From NCBI GenBank assembly GCA_964203045.1, contig CAXNKU010000002.1:7269-71268 (forward strand): 64,000 nucleotides of DNA, in the 5' to 3' direction. The notes beneath the pieces are model-generated. The model saw only the letters and a list, made by a program, of their open reading frames with translations. It was not told where the DNA came from and made no database searches. The position numbers and the translations under genes were made by a program. Within the stretch, counting starts at the first letter, position 1. The number at the start of each line of letters is the position of its first letter. The stretch is from Gaiellales bacterium. GTDB lineage: Bacteria > Actinomycetota > Thermoleophilia > Gaiellales > F1-60-MAGs149. Shown one piece after another: positions 53,091-63,076 of this stretch.

Positions 53091-53798
53091 ATGGCCTGCG
53101 ACGACCCAAATTGCGAGCACGATCACGACGAGGCGGCTAGTGGCCTCGGCGCCACGCTGCACGGTGGCACGCCGGCACCAGCCGAGCATGTCCACGGGCC
53201 CGACTGCGACCACGGTCCTGAACACGACCACGGCCATGACCACGGTCATGAACACGGTCATGAACACGGGACGACGGACCTGGATGTCGCCGAAGCCGAG
53301 CGCCTTGCCGACGAGCTTGCGGACGCGACGGCGCGTATGGCCAGCGAACTCGGCTGGGCGATCGCTCCGTTTCGGGAGCGCGCGCAGTACCTGCTCGCTG
53401 GCGCCCCGGTCGCTGTTGTGTTCGAGCGCGCCTCCGACATTGAGGCCAACCCGAAGCACCGCTCTGGACAATTGGCGCCAGAGCTGCTGCCCTTCCTCGT
53501 CGATGCCACGCTACGCACCCGCGAGCGACTGACCTACGCCGAGGACGAGGACAACGCGTACTTGATCGCGCTCGTCCTGGGCAGTTTCTACGCCGTCGAA
53601 TCGTCCCGCTCCGGCGCACTCGGCCTCGGCCCAGAGACGCGTCGCAGCCTGCCAACCCTTGAGCTGCTGCGCGATGACGATGCGACCGCCGACATTCGAG
53701 GCGTGCCGGGCACATCCATGTTGCGCGTGATCGTGCCGGTCGAGAGCGAGTCTGGCGTCGCAACCACGACCGCCGTCCAGTTCGTCTGGCGCAACTAG
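53091..53798 (+). CDS. Hypothetical protein with a His/Cys-rich N-terminus
   Basis: MACDDPNCEHDHD...HVHGPDCDHGPEHDHGHDHGHEHGHEHG followed by a globular domain. Confidence 0.7.
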   Translation: MACDDPNCEHDHDEAASGLGATLHGGTPAPAEHVHGPDCDHGPEHDHGHDHGHEHGHEHGTTDLDVAEAERLADELADATARMASELGWAIAPFRERAQYLLAGAPVAVVFERASDIEANPKHRSGQLAPELLPFLVDATLRTRERLTYAEDEDNAYLIALVLGSFYAVESSRSGALGLGPETRRSLPTLELLRDDDATADIRGVPGTSMLRVIVPVESESGVATTTAVQFVWRN

Positions 53799-53822
53799 AA
53801 CGCAATCAGGTCGGCTCGTGGC

Positions 53823-53868
53823 TGCTAGGAGGACATGACAAGTGCGCACTTGTCGTGTCCTCCTAGCA
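53823..53868. repeat. 46-bp palindrome of the GGAGGACA...TGTCCTCC type
   Basis: TGCTAGGAGGACATGACAAGTGC|GCACTTGTCGTGTCCTCCTAGCA, one mismatch, between convergent genes. Confidence 0.88.
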
Positions 53869-53889
53869 CCACGAGCCGACCTGGAGCAC

Positions 53890-54192
53890 CTACGCGTCGC
53901 GTTCGGCGACGAGATCCGAGAAGACGCGAAACGAGCCATCGGCGCCCGTCGCGTGGACGTCGACCTTGTCGATCTTCTCGTAGACACCGACGCCCACTGT
54001 CGTCATCTGCAAGCGACCGAGGAACCCCGTCTTACGACCAACGTGCAGCGGTTGGGTGAAGACGAGAGCATCCTCGACGACCTCGAAATCCGTGCCCTCA
54101 GCCAGCTGCTTGCCATTGACGAACACCATCAGCGAACCACCCGCGCCGTTCGGCAAGAGAACGCGACGGCCGGTGGGAACGTCATCACTCAT
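53890..54192 (-). CDS. Hypothetical protein
   Basis: 100-aa beta-rich ORF (VFVNGKQLAEGTDF); TACGAT 6 nt before the ATG. Confidence 0.65.
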   Translation of the reverse strand: MSDDVPTGRRVLLPNGAGGSLMVFVNGKQLAEGTDFEVVEDALVFTQPLHVGRKTGFLGRLQMTTVGVGVYEKIDKVDVHATGADGSFRVFSDLVAERDA

Positions 54193-54243
54193 GCCCGCAT
54201 CGTAAGCCGTTTCCCGCGCCGTGGTTCCAAGTAGGATGAGAGG

Positions 54244-55125
54244 GTGTCGTTGTCCACTGTTGATCTGCATTCGCATTCGACGTCATCGGACGGTAGCCAT
54301 GCTCCGAGCTTCGTTGTCGAGCTTGCTGCGCAGCGGGGAGTCGAGGTGCTGGCCCTGACCGATCACGACACGCTGCAAGGAATCGCCGAGGCGCAGGCGA
54401 CGGGCGTCGAGCACGGTGTCCACGTTGTGGCCGGCATCGAATTGTCGGTGAAGTACAGCGCGGGCCAGTGTCATCTGCTGGCCTGGCTCCCGAGCCCTGT
54501 TCCCGAGGCGTTCTGTGCCTGGACCAGATCGCGCGAGGTCGACCGTGAGCGCCGTGCCGAAGAGATGGTGCGCCGCCTCAACGAGCAGGGCTTTGCGATT
54601 GCATGGGACGACGTGCGGGCCCGGGCTGCAGGCAATCTCGGACGGCCGCATGTTGCCGACACACTGATCGCTGCCGGCCACTGCACAGATCGTCCCGATG
54701 CCTTCGAGCGTCTGATTGGTCGAGGCTGCAGCGCCTATGTGGGAAGCGGCAAGATTGACCCAGAGGCAGCGATCGAGCAGGCGGTTGCCGCTGGCGCGCT
54801 TGTTTCGCTCGCTCACCCCTATACCCTCGAGCTCGAGGGACAGCCGCTGAGCGATTTCGTTGGGCGGTTGGCGGACGCTGGCCTCGGCGCGTTGGAGGCT
54901 CATCGTGGCGATCAAGATGAGGCGCGTCAGGCTGAGTATTGCGCCCTTGCGGAGCGTCACGGCCTGCTGGTCTCGGCGGGTTCGGACTTCCACGCGCTTG
55001 ACTTGGAGGGTGGCCCGAGAGGCAAGCGCAAGCTGGGCCGAATCGGCGTTCCAGGCTTGTCGCCCGAGGCACGCGAGCGGTTGCTCAGCCGCCTACCCGG
55101 CGTACCCGCAAGCCTTGTGCGGTGA
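54244..55125 (+). CDS. PHP-domain phosphoesterase (TrpH/YciV-like)
   Basis: DLHSHS..SDG, LTDHD, GRPH, LAHP and GSDFH. Confidence 0.92.
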   Translation: MSLSTVDLHSHSTSSDGSHAPSFVVELAAQRGVEVLALTDHDTLQGIAEAQATGVEHGVHVVAGIELSVKYSAGQCHLLAWLPSPVPEAFCAWTRSREVDRERRAEEMVRRLNEQGFAIAWDDVRARAAGNLGRPHVADTLIAAGHCTDRPDAFERLIGRGCSAYVGSGKIDPEAAIEQAVAAGALVSLAHPYTLELEGQPLSDFVGRLADAGLGALEAHRGDQDEARQAEYCALAERHGLLVSAGSDFHALDLEGGPRGKRKLGRIGVPGLSPEARERLLSRLPGVPASLVR

Positions 55126-55420
55126 GGTGTTCGATCAGACGCTCGGCATGATCACCTTGCACCTCGACCGCGCCCTCTCGTAGGGCACCTCCAGCGCCAC
55201 ACAGTTTCTTGAGGTCTTTGAGCCACGTCTTGGTGTCGCCCGGCAAACCGGTGACCAGCGTCACCCAGCCAGCACCACGCCCACCTCGCCGCCGCTCGAC
55301 ACGCACCACACCATCTGCCGGGTGTCCATGAGCCGCCCCAGGGGCAACCGTCGCGCCCTTGCGCTGACGCTTCCCGCTGCGACGCAAATCGCCGTCTTCC
55401 GTCGAATAGACCCGCGTCAT
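55085..55420 (-). CDS. SUI1/YciH family translation initiation factor
   Basis: VYST, GRGAGWVTLV, LKKLCGAGG and VQGDH. Confidence 0.88.
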   Translation of the reverse strand: MTRVYSTEDGDLRRSGKRQRKGATVAPGAAHGHPADGVVRVERRRGGRGAGWVTLVTGLPGDTKTWLKDLKKLCGAGGALREGAVEVQGDHAERLIEHLTAQGLRVRRVGG

Positions 55421-55535
55421 GTCCGAGAGACTGTACGCGCCCACCTCCACCCGCTTCGCACCGTCAACGCACCAATTCGCACATCTTACGCTGCGGATTT
55501 TTTGTTTTCTGGCTTATCTAAGCCAGCCTCTAGTT

Positions 55536-55577
55536 CGAGGCGGACATTTTGGGCCCGGGCCCAAAATGTCCGCCTCG
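55536..55577. repeat. Perfect 42-bp GGGCCCGGGCCC-core palindrome
   Basis: CGAGGCGGACATTTTGGGCCC|GGGCCCAAAATGTCCGCCTCG, 2 nt before the gluQ -10-like box TAGGCT. Confidence 0.92.
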
Positions 55578-55591
55578 GGTAGGCTGGCGGG

Positions 55592-56473
55592 GTGAGTCGA
55601 GGACGCTACGCACCAACGCCGAGTGGTGATCTGCATCTGGGGAACGCGCGGACCGCGATCCTCGCATGGCTGCACGCGCGTGCTACAGGTGGCCAGATTG
55701 GACTGCGCATCGACGATCTGGACGTCGATCGGTGTCGCGAAGAGTTTGAGTTTCGCCAGTTCGAAGATCTCGCCTGGCTCGGGCTGACGTGGGATGGCGA
55801 AACCGTCCACCAATCGGAACGCCTCCCGCACTACAACGCCGCAGTCGCGCAGTTAGAGGCCGCTGGACTCGTCTATCCGTGCTTTTGCTCGCGCGCCGAA
55901 ATCAAAGCTGCTGCCTCCGCGCCACACGGCGAGAGTGAGGCGATCTACCCCGGCACGTGCCGCGCGCTCGCCTCGACCGAAGCAGCAGAGCGCATCGCCC
56001 AAGGCGAGCGGCACGCACTCCGGCTCGCCGTCCCCGCAGGCATTGAGCGCTTCCACGACTTCGTGCACGGCGACGTGGCGATTGATGTCGCCGCCACCGC
56101 TGGCGACCTCGTGCTCGTCCGCTCGGACGGCGTGATTGGCTATCAGCTCGCCTGCGCCGTCGACGACGCGCAACCCGCCATCACCAGTGTCGTGCGCGGC
56201 GAAGACCTGCTCGCCTCGGCCGCGTTTCAACGCGTGATCATGCGGCTGCTCGACCTTGAGCCACCCGCCTACGGTCACGTCCCCCTGATGCTTGGCGACG
56301 ATGGCGCGCGCCTCGCCAAGCGCCACGGCTCGATCACCCTCCGCGACCACCGCGAACACGGCGCGGCCCCCGAGGACATCGTCGGCATGCTGGCGGGCAT
56401 GTTTGCGATCGGCGATGGCTCGCCTGCACAACTCGACGACCTTGTACCGCTCGCGGCTGGTCTTGCCGGTTAG
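55592..56473 (+). CDS. gluQ: Glutamyl-Q tRNA(Asp) synthetase
   Basis: RYAPTPSGDLHLGN, CFCSR..YPGTC and LAKR; no anticodon-binding domain. Confidence 0.9.
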   Translation: MSRGRYAPTPSGDLHLGNARTAILAWLHARATGGQIGLRIDDLDVDRCREEFEFRQFEDLAWLGLTWDGETVHQSERLPHYNAAVAQLEAAGLVYPCFCSRAEIKAAASAPHGESEAIYPGTCRALASTEAAERIAQGERHALRLAVPAGIERFHDFVHGDVAIDVAATAGDLVLVRSDGVIGYQLACAVDDAQPAITSVVRGEDLLASAAFQRVIMRLLDLEPPAYGHVPLMLGDDGARLAKRHGSITLRDHREHGAAPEDIVGMLAGMFAIGDGSPAQLDDLVPLAAGLAG

Positions 56474-56476
56474 TCC

Positions 56477-56728
56477 TCAGTCATCAGTCGGCCGAGCGCG
56501 TTCGCGCACCGCAACCTCACCGACCTCGACTGTCGGGTCGATCTCGATCGGCAGTCCATCGATGGCATCGAATTCTGAGGCGCCCAGTGGTTCGAGACCG
56601 AGTGCTGGGTCGGACACGTGAATCACCGTTGCGGGATGCAGCAGCAACGCGACGGGTTCGCGCCCATCCTCGAAGGCGTGGTGGATCGCTGCTTGGAGAT
56701 CCTCAAGAGACAACGCGTCACCGGCCAT
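56477..56728 (-). CDS. Hypothetical protein
   Basis: 83-aa ORF filling an intergenic gap. Confidence 0.55.
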   Translation of the reverse strand: MAGDALSLEDLQAAIHHAFEDGREPVALLLHPATVIHVSDPALGLEPLGASEFDAIDGLPIEIDPTVEVGEVAVRERARPTDD

Positions 56729-56794
56729 GCACGTCAGCCTACCAAGACGAAGGTGCCCAGGAAGGTACGCAGACTCGACGGATAGGATGAGTGC

Positions 56795-57547
56795 GTGAGG
56801 ACGCGCTACGGACTACTCGTGCCCCTGTTTGCCGTGGCCCTACTGACCGGGTGTGGCGGGTCGGGCACATCGCCACAGACAGCCACGATTACGCCACCAC
56901 CGCCGGCAACAGGTGCGAATGCCGTGACGATCTCGCCGTTTGACTCGACTGGCACGGATCCCACGTCGACAGACATGACGAATGGCCAGCCGATCTTCCC
57001 CGCACCCGATCCGCGCGGCGTCCTCGCGCTCGCCGCCCAACATCCAGATGGGCGCATCGTCTATGCCACCATCTTGGATGGCACGCAGGGCGAGCTGATT
57101 ATCGCCCGCCTTGGCAACAGAGGGTTAATCGCCACGACGCGGGACGCCAAGACCGTCCGGGTCGGTATCGATCTGACCGATTCTTCAATTGTTTGGGTCT
57201 GCGTGACAACGGGTGCCGATACACCAAAGTGTCGAAACCACGATTTCGAGAGTGAGGGTGCGAACGCGCTCGCCAGCGCCGCGCTGCTCGTTGGCGAAGA
57301 CCACGTGCGGCAGATCACTGCCCGCGTTGCAAGCACGAGCGATGGCACGCTCGACGTGCAGACGCGTGCGAACAAGGTCGACGCCTCGTGTCTCCGCGGC
57401 ACTGATACCGGCGTCGGCAACTTGCTCGTCTGCGTATCGCCAAGTGGCTTTGTGACGGATACAGAGGAGGGAGCGACGATCGCCCGTGCCAGCGAGGTCT
57501 CGCCGACCGTCGATCCTGCCGAGCTCAATCCGGCTGGCATCGGCTAG
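56795..57547 (+). CDS. Hypothetical lipoprotein
   Basis: Lipobox LLTGC followed by a Pro/Thr linker. Confidence 0.75.
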   Translation: MRTRYGLLVPLFAVALLTGCGGSGTSPQTATITPPPPATGANAVTISPFDSTGTDPTSTDMTNGQPIFPAPDPRGVLALAAQHPDGRIVYATILDGTQGELIIARLGNRGLIATTRDAKTVRVGIDLTDSSIVWVCVTTGADTPKCRNHDFESEGANALASAALLVGEDHVRQITARVASTSDGTLDVQTRANKVDASCLRGTDTGVGNLLVCVSPSGFVTDTEEGATIARASEVSPTVDPAELNPAGIG

Positions 57548-57557
57548 TTCGAGTCGA

Positions 57558-58442
57558 CTACACCTGTTCGGAGTAGCGACGACCACCATGGGTCGCTGCG
57601 AGCCGCTCATCCACCGCATCAGCCGTCTCGGCGACCGCGCGAACAGCGTGCTGCAGCTCGACCTCTTGCAGGTCGTCACCGAGGATCGCGTGCTCGAACC
57701 AGAGTTCGCGACGCTCCGGCGTGTACGCAAAGCGTCCAACCGGCCCCTCAGCCGCGATCGCACAGGCCTCGAGGGCGAGCTGGTCGGTGAGGTCCACATC
57801 GACCAGGACAGGCGCTGCGACGATGATCGCCGTCGAGCGCTCGAGGTGATGCATGACGGAGACGAAGACCCGCGTCGAACCTGCGGCACCATGCAGACCC
57901 CAGACGGGATCATCGACGAAATCGCACGCTAGGAGGTGGCGGGCTGTGCGCTCGCGGACGACTGCGACCCGCTCATCCGCACCACGTCGCACGTCGACCT
58001 CGGGCTGACGCGGCTCGCCCGGATCCATGCCACCGACGCGCATTTGGAGGCGCGCACTCTCATTCGCAGCAATCCAACCAGCCGTCCAGACGGCAACCGT
58101 CATCTCGTCTTGATGCAGCGTGTGGCCACCGAGGATCGCCTGCTCGGCAATCAGCGCACTGCCGTCGTGGCGCAAGCGCCCGAGTACGAAGCCGTCGTGT
58201 TCGAGCAGGACGGCCTCGGCGAGTGGACCCGTGAAGCGCGGAACCGGCAGCACCTCGGCCGTGGCAACGACCATCGGCTGCGAGGCGTCGCTCGGATCGG
58301 CTGTGACATCGACGCGCACAGAAGTCCGCGCAGTACCGACACGTCCGCGCCACGCGGCGTCGCGGGGATCTTCCTCGACGAAGGTGCGCTCAAGCGCACG
58401 CCGGATCGTGGCGTTGGTCCCGGGAAACTGAACTTCGCTCAT
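57558..58442 (-). CDS. Protein with two tandem YbjN/T3SS-chaperone-like domains
   Basis: Internal repeat GTARTSV..VLGRL..EQAILG / GSTRVFV..PVGRF..EHAILG; ATG overlaps the crtB stop. Confidence 0.55.
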   Translation of the reverse strand: MSEVQFPGTNATIRRALERTFVEEDPRDAAWRGRVGTARTSVRVDVTADPSDASQPMVVATAEVLPVPRFTGPLAEAVLLEHDGFVLGRLRHDGSALIAEQAILGGHTLHQDEMTVAVWTAGWIAANESARLQMRVGGMDPGEPRQPEVDVRRGADERVAVVRERTARHLLACDFVDDPVWGLHGAAGSTRVFVSVMHHLERSTAIIVAAPVLVDVDLTDQLALEACAIAAEGPVGRFAYTPERRELWFEHAILGDDLQEVELQHAVRAVAETADAVDERLAATHGGRRYSEQV

Positions 58443-59281
58443 GACCACCGCCCCGGACGTGCGAAGGCGTGGCCCACAAGCAGAGCCTTGCGGTGGCGCG
58501 GAACGACTGAGCGTTCCCGCCGGGCACCGTAGCCACCACGCTCGATCTCGCGCAGGATCTCGCGGTACATCGCGCCGGCCGCCGCGATCGACCTGCCGCC
58601 GTGGATCAGCATCGGAATGCCTGCCATCCCCTGGGCGTAGAGCGTGTCTGCCCGCGCAATCTGATCGCGGTAGAGCTCGGTCCGATCCTGCGTCGCAAGG
58701 TCGGTAATGCCGAAACGTTCGAGCGTGTCGCGGGCGAGGTAGACGCGCCCATTGGCGAGGTCTTCATCCACGTCGCGCAGAATATTGGTTCGCTGCATCG
58801 CGTTGCCGAGGGCACGCGCCGCGTTCCACGCCTGATCGCTCCAGACGCCAAGGATCGAGGCCATCATCTCGCCGACAGCGCCTGCCACGCGGTAGCAGTA
58901 GACATCCAAATCGCCCTCAGTCTGGATGTTCGGCACCTCGAGGTCGTCGCGCATGCCTTGCAGAAACGCCACCACTGCATACCGCGGCAATGAGTGTCGG
59001 TTCGAGAGGTCGTCAAGGATGATCGTCTCGCGTGTTGTCGGCTCCCCCGTCACCAGCCACGTCTCGACTGCTGCGACCGCGGCCGCAGCCTCGGGGTTCT
59101 GCTCGTCGACGAGATCGTCAAGCGTGCGCAGCACGAGGTAGAGCAGCGTCACATCGCGGCGCACCGTGACGGGCAGCAGTCGCGACGCGACCGAGAACGT
59201 CCGCGAGACGTTCTGCATCACCTCGTCGGCCTCGGCCAGATAGGTATCCGTATGGTGCGCCGAACGCCGGGGAAACCTCAT
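58439..59281 (-). CDS. crtB: Phytoene synthase
   Basis: SRTF, DDLVD, YCYRVAGAVG and TNILRDVDED. Confidence 0.92.
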   Translation of the reverse strand: MRFPRRSAHHTDTYLAEADEVMQNVSRTFSVASRLLPVTVRRDVTLLYLVLRTLDDLVDEQNPEAAAAVAAVETWLVTGEPTTRETIILDDLSNRHSLPRYAVVAFLQGMRDDLEVPNIQTEGDLDVYCYRVAGAVGEMMASILGVWSDQAWNAARALGNAMQRTNILRDVDEDLANGRVYLARDTLERFGITDLATQDRTELYRDQIARADTLYAQGMAGIPMLIHGGRSIAAAGAMYREILREIERGGYGARRERSVVPRHRKALLVGHAFARPGRWS

Positions 59282-60780
59282 CCGGGAATTCCTAGATCTC
59301 GTCGCACCAACCCCGCAGCTACCTCAGCACCAAGTAGGACACCTGGCACGCCAGCACCCGGATGCGCGCCAGCACCAACGTGATAGAGACCATCAACCGT
59401 GCGGTCCTTGTTTGGCTGACGGAAGTACGCCGACCGCGTCAGGACAGGCTCGGTCGAGAAGGCGGTGCCTTCGTCGGCGTCGTACCGCTGTTCAAAATCT
59501 TGCGGGGTCATCCGGTGCTCCACCTTGATCGACGCGCGCAGGCCCTCCAGCCCTGCGTCGTGCTCGAGATAGTCAACCACCTTTTCGCGCCACGCGTCAG
59601 TAATTGCACCCCAATCATCGCCCGAGGCGAGATTCGGAACGGGGAGGAGCACGGCCAGCGAATCGCCGCCTGGCGGTGCCATCGCAGAGTCGGTGCGTGC
59701 GGGAACGTGAAGGTAGAACGAGAGCGAGTCCGGCAGCACCTGCCGGTTGGTGACGTCGTCGATGAACTTCCGATAGTTGTCGCCCACGAACAGCGTGTGG
59801 TGCAGGAGCTGTGGAAACTGGCGGTCCGTGCCGAGGTAGAGCAAGAAGCACGACATCCCGTTGCGAGGCTTACGGAACCGCCACGGTGCGCGATCGGGGG
59901 CTCCCTTCAGCAGCCGGCTGCGGGTGCGCACCGGATCAGCATCGGACACGACGACCTCAGCGGGGATCACCTCACCACCCATCAGCCGCACGCCGATCGC
60001 TTTGCCGCCACGCACGATGATCTCGTCGACGTCGGCCTCGCAGCGCACCGTTGCGCCAGCGGCCTCAAGCGCGCGGACCATCGCCTCAATGATCGAATAG
60101 GTACCACCCTTGGTGTACCAGACGCCATCTTCGACCTGCAGGTAGGCGAGCGCGGCGTAGACGGCCGGGACGCGATACGGATCGCCGCCGATGTAGAGCG
60201 AGTGGAAGCTCATCGCCTGGAAGATGTGCTCCTCCGAGAAGTACTTCGCGCAGAAGCTCGAGAGGTTGCGCGCTGCATCGAGCTTGAGCATCGTCGGCAG
60301 CAACTTGGCAAACGGCAGAGGGTTTTCGAAGGCGCGTCGCCCTGCTGCCAGCACGGCCTGGCGATGGATTTTGCCGGAGGCCTCGAGGAAGGCGGGATAG
60401 TTGGCGGCATCGACCGGAGAGAGCTTCGAGAGCTCCTCCTGCATCTCGACGATGTCGCCTTTGAAATCGATGCGCGTACCGTCGTGCGGCCAGTCGATGC
60501 GATAAAACGGATCGAGACCAATCAGTTCGACCTCTTGCCGAAAATCGCGATCGAGCAGGGCAAACAACTCGTCAAAACACCAGGGCATCGTCACAAGGCT
60601 CGGGCCGAGATCCCACGTATAGCCTTGGTCTTTGATCTGCGAGGCGCGCCCACCCGGTGCTGGTAGGCGCTCGAGCACCGTTACATCAAGCCCGGCAGCG
60701 ACCATGCGCATTGCGACGGCGAGGCCGCCAAAGCCCGAACCGATCACGATTGCGCGGCGTGGCTTAGAGGTGGTAGACAT
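59278..60780 (-). CDS. crtI: Phytoene desaturase
   Basis: IGSGFGGL, WDLGPS and GAHPGAGVPGV. Confidence 0.92.
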   Translation of the reverse strand: MSTTSKPRRAIVIGSGFGGLAVAMRMVAAGLDVTVLERLPAPGGRASQIKDQGYTWDLGPSLVTMPWCFDELFALLDRDFRQEVELIGLDPFYRIDWPHDGTRIDFKGDIVEMQEELSKLSPVDAANYPAFLEASGKIHRQAVLAAGRRAFENPLPFAKLLPTMLKLDAARNLSSFCAKYFSEEHIFQAMSFHSLYIGGDPYRVPAVYAALAYLQVEDGVWYTKGGTYSIIEAMVRALEAAGATVRCEADVDEIIVRGGKAIGVRLMGGEVIPAEVVVSDADPVRTRSRLLKGAPDRAPWRFRKPRNGMSCFLLYLGTDRQFPQLLHHTLFVGDNYRKFIDDVTNRQVLPDSLSFYLHVPARTDSAMAPPGGDSLAVLLPVPNLASGDDWGAITDAWREKVVDYLEHDAGLEGLRASIKVEHRMTPQDFEQRYDADEGTAFSTEPVLTRSAYFRQPNKDRTVDGLYHVGAGAHPGAGVPGVLLGAEVAAGLVRRDLGIPG

Positions 60781-60931
60781 TGGTTGCAGCGTACGCGCGC
60801 TTAGGCGGTTGCGGGGAACTGTCGCGGCAGGCGACTCGGGCTTGGCAATGTCTGGATCATTGCCTCGCCTTTCGCACAGCTCACGCCGCTAGCGCGATCA
60901 GGCAGCGGTGCCGACGAATTTCGCCGGGTCG

Positions 60932-61420
60932 TCAAGCAAGCGACCCCTGCTGCTTTTTGGCCGCGTACTGCACGGCCTTGACGATATTGACGTAGCCCGT
61001 GCAGCGGCAAAGGTTGCCACTGATGGCCTTGCGAATGTCGTCCTCCGAAGGATCCGGATTCTCGGCGAGCAGCGCGACGGACGTCATCATCATGCCCGGC
61101 GTGCAATAGCCACACTGCAGCCCGTGCTTCTCCTTGAATCCCTCTTGCACAGGGTGCAACCCAGCGGCAGTCTCGAGCCCCTCAACCGTCGTGATCTGAC
61201 GACCGTTAGCCTGGACCGCGAGGATCATGCACGACTTGACGGACTTGCCGTCGAGGAGCACCGTGCAGGCACCACACGACGAGGTCTCGCACCCCAGGTG
61301 CGTGCCCGTTTCGGGCACCAGCTCGCGAATCATGCTGACGAGCAACATGCGAGGCTCGACCACCAGCTCACGTTCCTGACCGTTGACCGTCGTCGTGATT
61401 GTTAGCTTGCCACCCATCAC
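60932..61420 (-). CDS. Molybdenum hydroxylase 2Fe-2S subunit (CoxS/CutS-like)
   Basis: [19 protein letters not shown] and NLCRCTGY. Confidence 0.93.
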   Translation of the reverse strand: MMGGKLTITTTVNGQERELVVEPRMLLVSMIRELVPETGTHLGCETSSCGACTVLLDGKSVKSCMILAVQANGRQITTVEGLETAAGLHPVQEGFKEKHGLQCGYCTPGMMMTSVALLAENPDPSEDDIRKAISGNLCRCTGYVNIVKAVQYAAKKQQGSLA

Positions 61421-62295
61421 GCCTCCTGACCCTGGGCGCGAGCGCCCGCAGTGCGCAGCGCACGCTTCGTCAGCACGCGGACGAGATCACGCTTGAAATC
61501 GGCCTCACCACGCAGGTCGCTAGCCGGGTCGGAGGCAGCAGCAGCCAGGACGCTGATCTGTTCGATGGCCTCCGCATCGTCGAACGACTTGCCGATCAAC
61601 GACGCTGCAGCGTCGGCCGCGTGGATCGTCAACGGACCGACGTTCGTGAGGCCAAGCGAGGCCTCCGTAATCGTCGTGCCGTTGAGCACGATCGAGACGC
61701 CAACGGCAGCGGTCGCGTAGTCGCCGAGCTTGCGATCGATTTTCTTGTACGCAGAACCTTGACCCGGCTTGGGCATCGGAATCCGCGCCTCGACCAGAAT
61801 TTGATCGGCACCCAGCTTGGTCTCGAACATCGAGGTCTGGAAATCAACCGCGCTATAAACGACAGCGCCGTTCGGTCCGACTGCATGCAGTTCTGCACCG
61901 AGCACCATCGCAATCGTCGCCCAATCACCCGCCGGATCGCCGTGCGCAACCGAGCCGCAAAACGTACCGCGGTTGCGGATCAGTGGATCGGCAAGGCGCT
62001 GCGCTGCGTCGAGAATCATCGGATAGCGATCTCGAATCAACTCGGAACGCTCGAGCTGCCCATGCCGAACGAGTGCGCCGATACGAAGCATGCCGTCGGA
62101 CTCTTCGAGCGCGTCGAGTCCCACGATGTTGTTGATGTCGACGATCAGGTTCGGGCGTGCAAGCCGGAGTTTCAGCATCGGCAGAAGGCTCTGGCCCCCA
62201 GCCATAACCTTGGCGTCGACTCCACCGGCGGCGAGAGCCTGCACGGCCTCGTCAACCGAGGTCGGAGCGACGTACTCGAAACTGCTTGGAAGCAC
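61417..62295 (-). CDS. Molybdenum hydroxylase FAD subunit (CoxM/CutM-like)
   Basis: [13 protein letters not shown] and [15 protein letters not shown]. Confidence 0.93.
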   Translation of the reverse strand: MLPSSFEYVAPTSVDEAVQALAAGGVDAKVMAGGQSLLPMLKLRLARPNLIVDINNIVGLDALEESDGMLRIGALVRHGQLERSELIRDRYPMILDAAQRLADPLIRNRGTFCGSVAHGDPAGDWATIAMVLGAELHAVGPNGAVVYSAVDFQTSMFETKLGADQILVEARIPMPKPGQGSAYKKIDRKLGDYATAAVGVSIVLNGTTITEASLGLTNVGPLTIHAADAAASLIGKSFDDAEAIEQISVLAAAASDPASDLRGEADFKRDLVRVLTKRALRTAGARAQGQEA

Positions 62296-62355
62296 CTTAT
62301 TCCACTTTCTGATTGCACCTCAATGCACTTTCTGTTTGCACCTTATTCCACTTTC
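62292..62355. repeat. Three tandem 23-bp units overlapping the coxM start codon
   Basis: GCACCTTATTCCACTTTCTGATT / GCACCTCAATGCACTTTCTGTTT / GCACCTTATTCCACTTTC. Confidence 0.85.
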
Positions 62356-62390
62356 GTGCGTCGTCACTCCGAACGGAGCGACTGCCGTGT

Positions 62391-62975
62391 CTAGTTCTTG
62401 TCGCTTCCGAAGAGGCCCTTGAGTTTGCTCTTCGTAATGTCGGCAGCGATTCCGACCGCACTCGGTGCCTCGGCCGCCACCGCCGGTGGTGGTGCCTCGC
62501 CTCGTGCTTTTGCTTCGGCACCGGCGAGCAACGTCGCCTCCATTGCCTTCGCCATCTCGCCAATCATCTTGCCGGCGACATCCGCCATGATCCCGCGGCC
62601 CATCTGTGCAACGCGGCCAGTAACGAGAATGTCCGAGTCAACCTTGACGGTACTCGAGCCATTGCCGGCATCGCCAATTTTCATCGATAGCGTCGCCTGT
62701 GCAGTGCCCTGCCCCTTGGTCTCCGTCGCCTTAGCGCGCATGACCGCGGTCTTCGTCGCGTCGTTTTGCTCGATGATTTCAATCTGGCCCTTGTAGGTCA
62801 GGCTCATCGGCCCCATCTTGAGCGTGACGAGAGCATCAAAGCCCCGATCCTCGCGCTTACCCGTGATCGTCGCACCAGGAATGCACGGCGCGACGCGCTC
62901 GACGTCGGTCATCAGCGCATACGTGTCGTCGGGTGTTGCGGCGACGGTGAATTCGTTCTCAATGACGATGCCCAT
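62391..62975 (-). CDS. CoxG/SRPBCC family protein
   Basis: DVERVAPCIPGA, KMGPMSLTYKG and GRVAQMGRG. Confidence 0.88.
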   Translation of the reverse strand: MGIVIENEFTVAATPDDTYALMTDVERVAPCIPGATITGKREDRGFDALVTLKMGPMSLTYKGQIEIIEQNDATKTAVMRAKATETKGQGTAQATLSMKIGDAGNGSSTVKVDSDILVTGRVAQMGRGIMADVAGKMIGEMAKAMEATLLAGAEAKARGEAPPPAVAAEAPSAVGIAADITKSKLKGLFGSDKN

Positions 62976-63076
62976 CAGTTCCTCGTTTCTCCTTCATACC
63001 GTCGACGAACGGAAACTATCGACGTAAAAAGAATTCTCTGAACCCATCTCCGCAATTACAAGGCTCAAAAACGAAG

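Noticed and set aside
62292..62355. Mini CRISPR array
   Set aside because: The units are contiguous with only ~5-nt variable parts, there are no spacers, and no cas genes are present.
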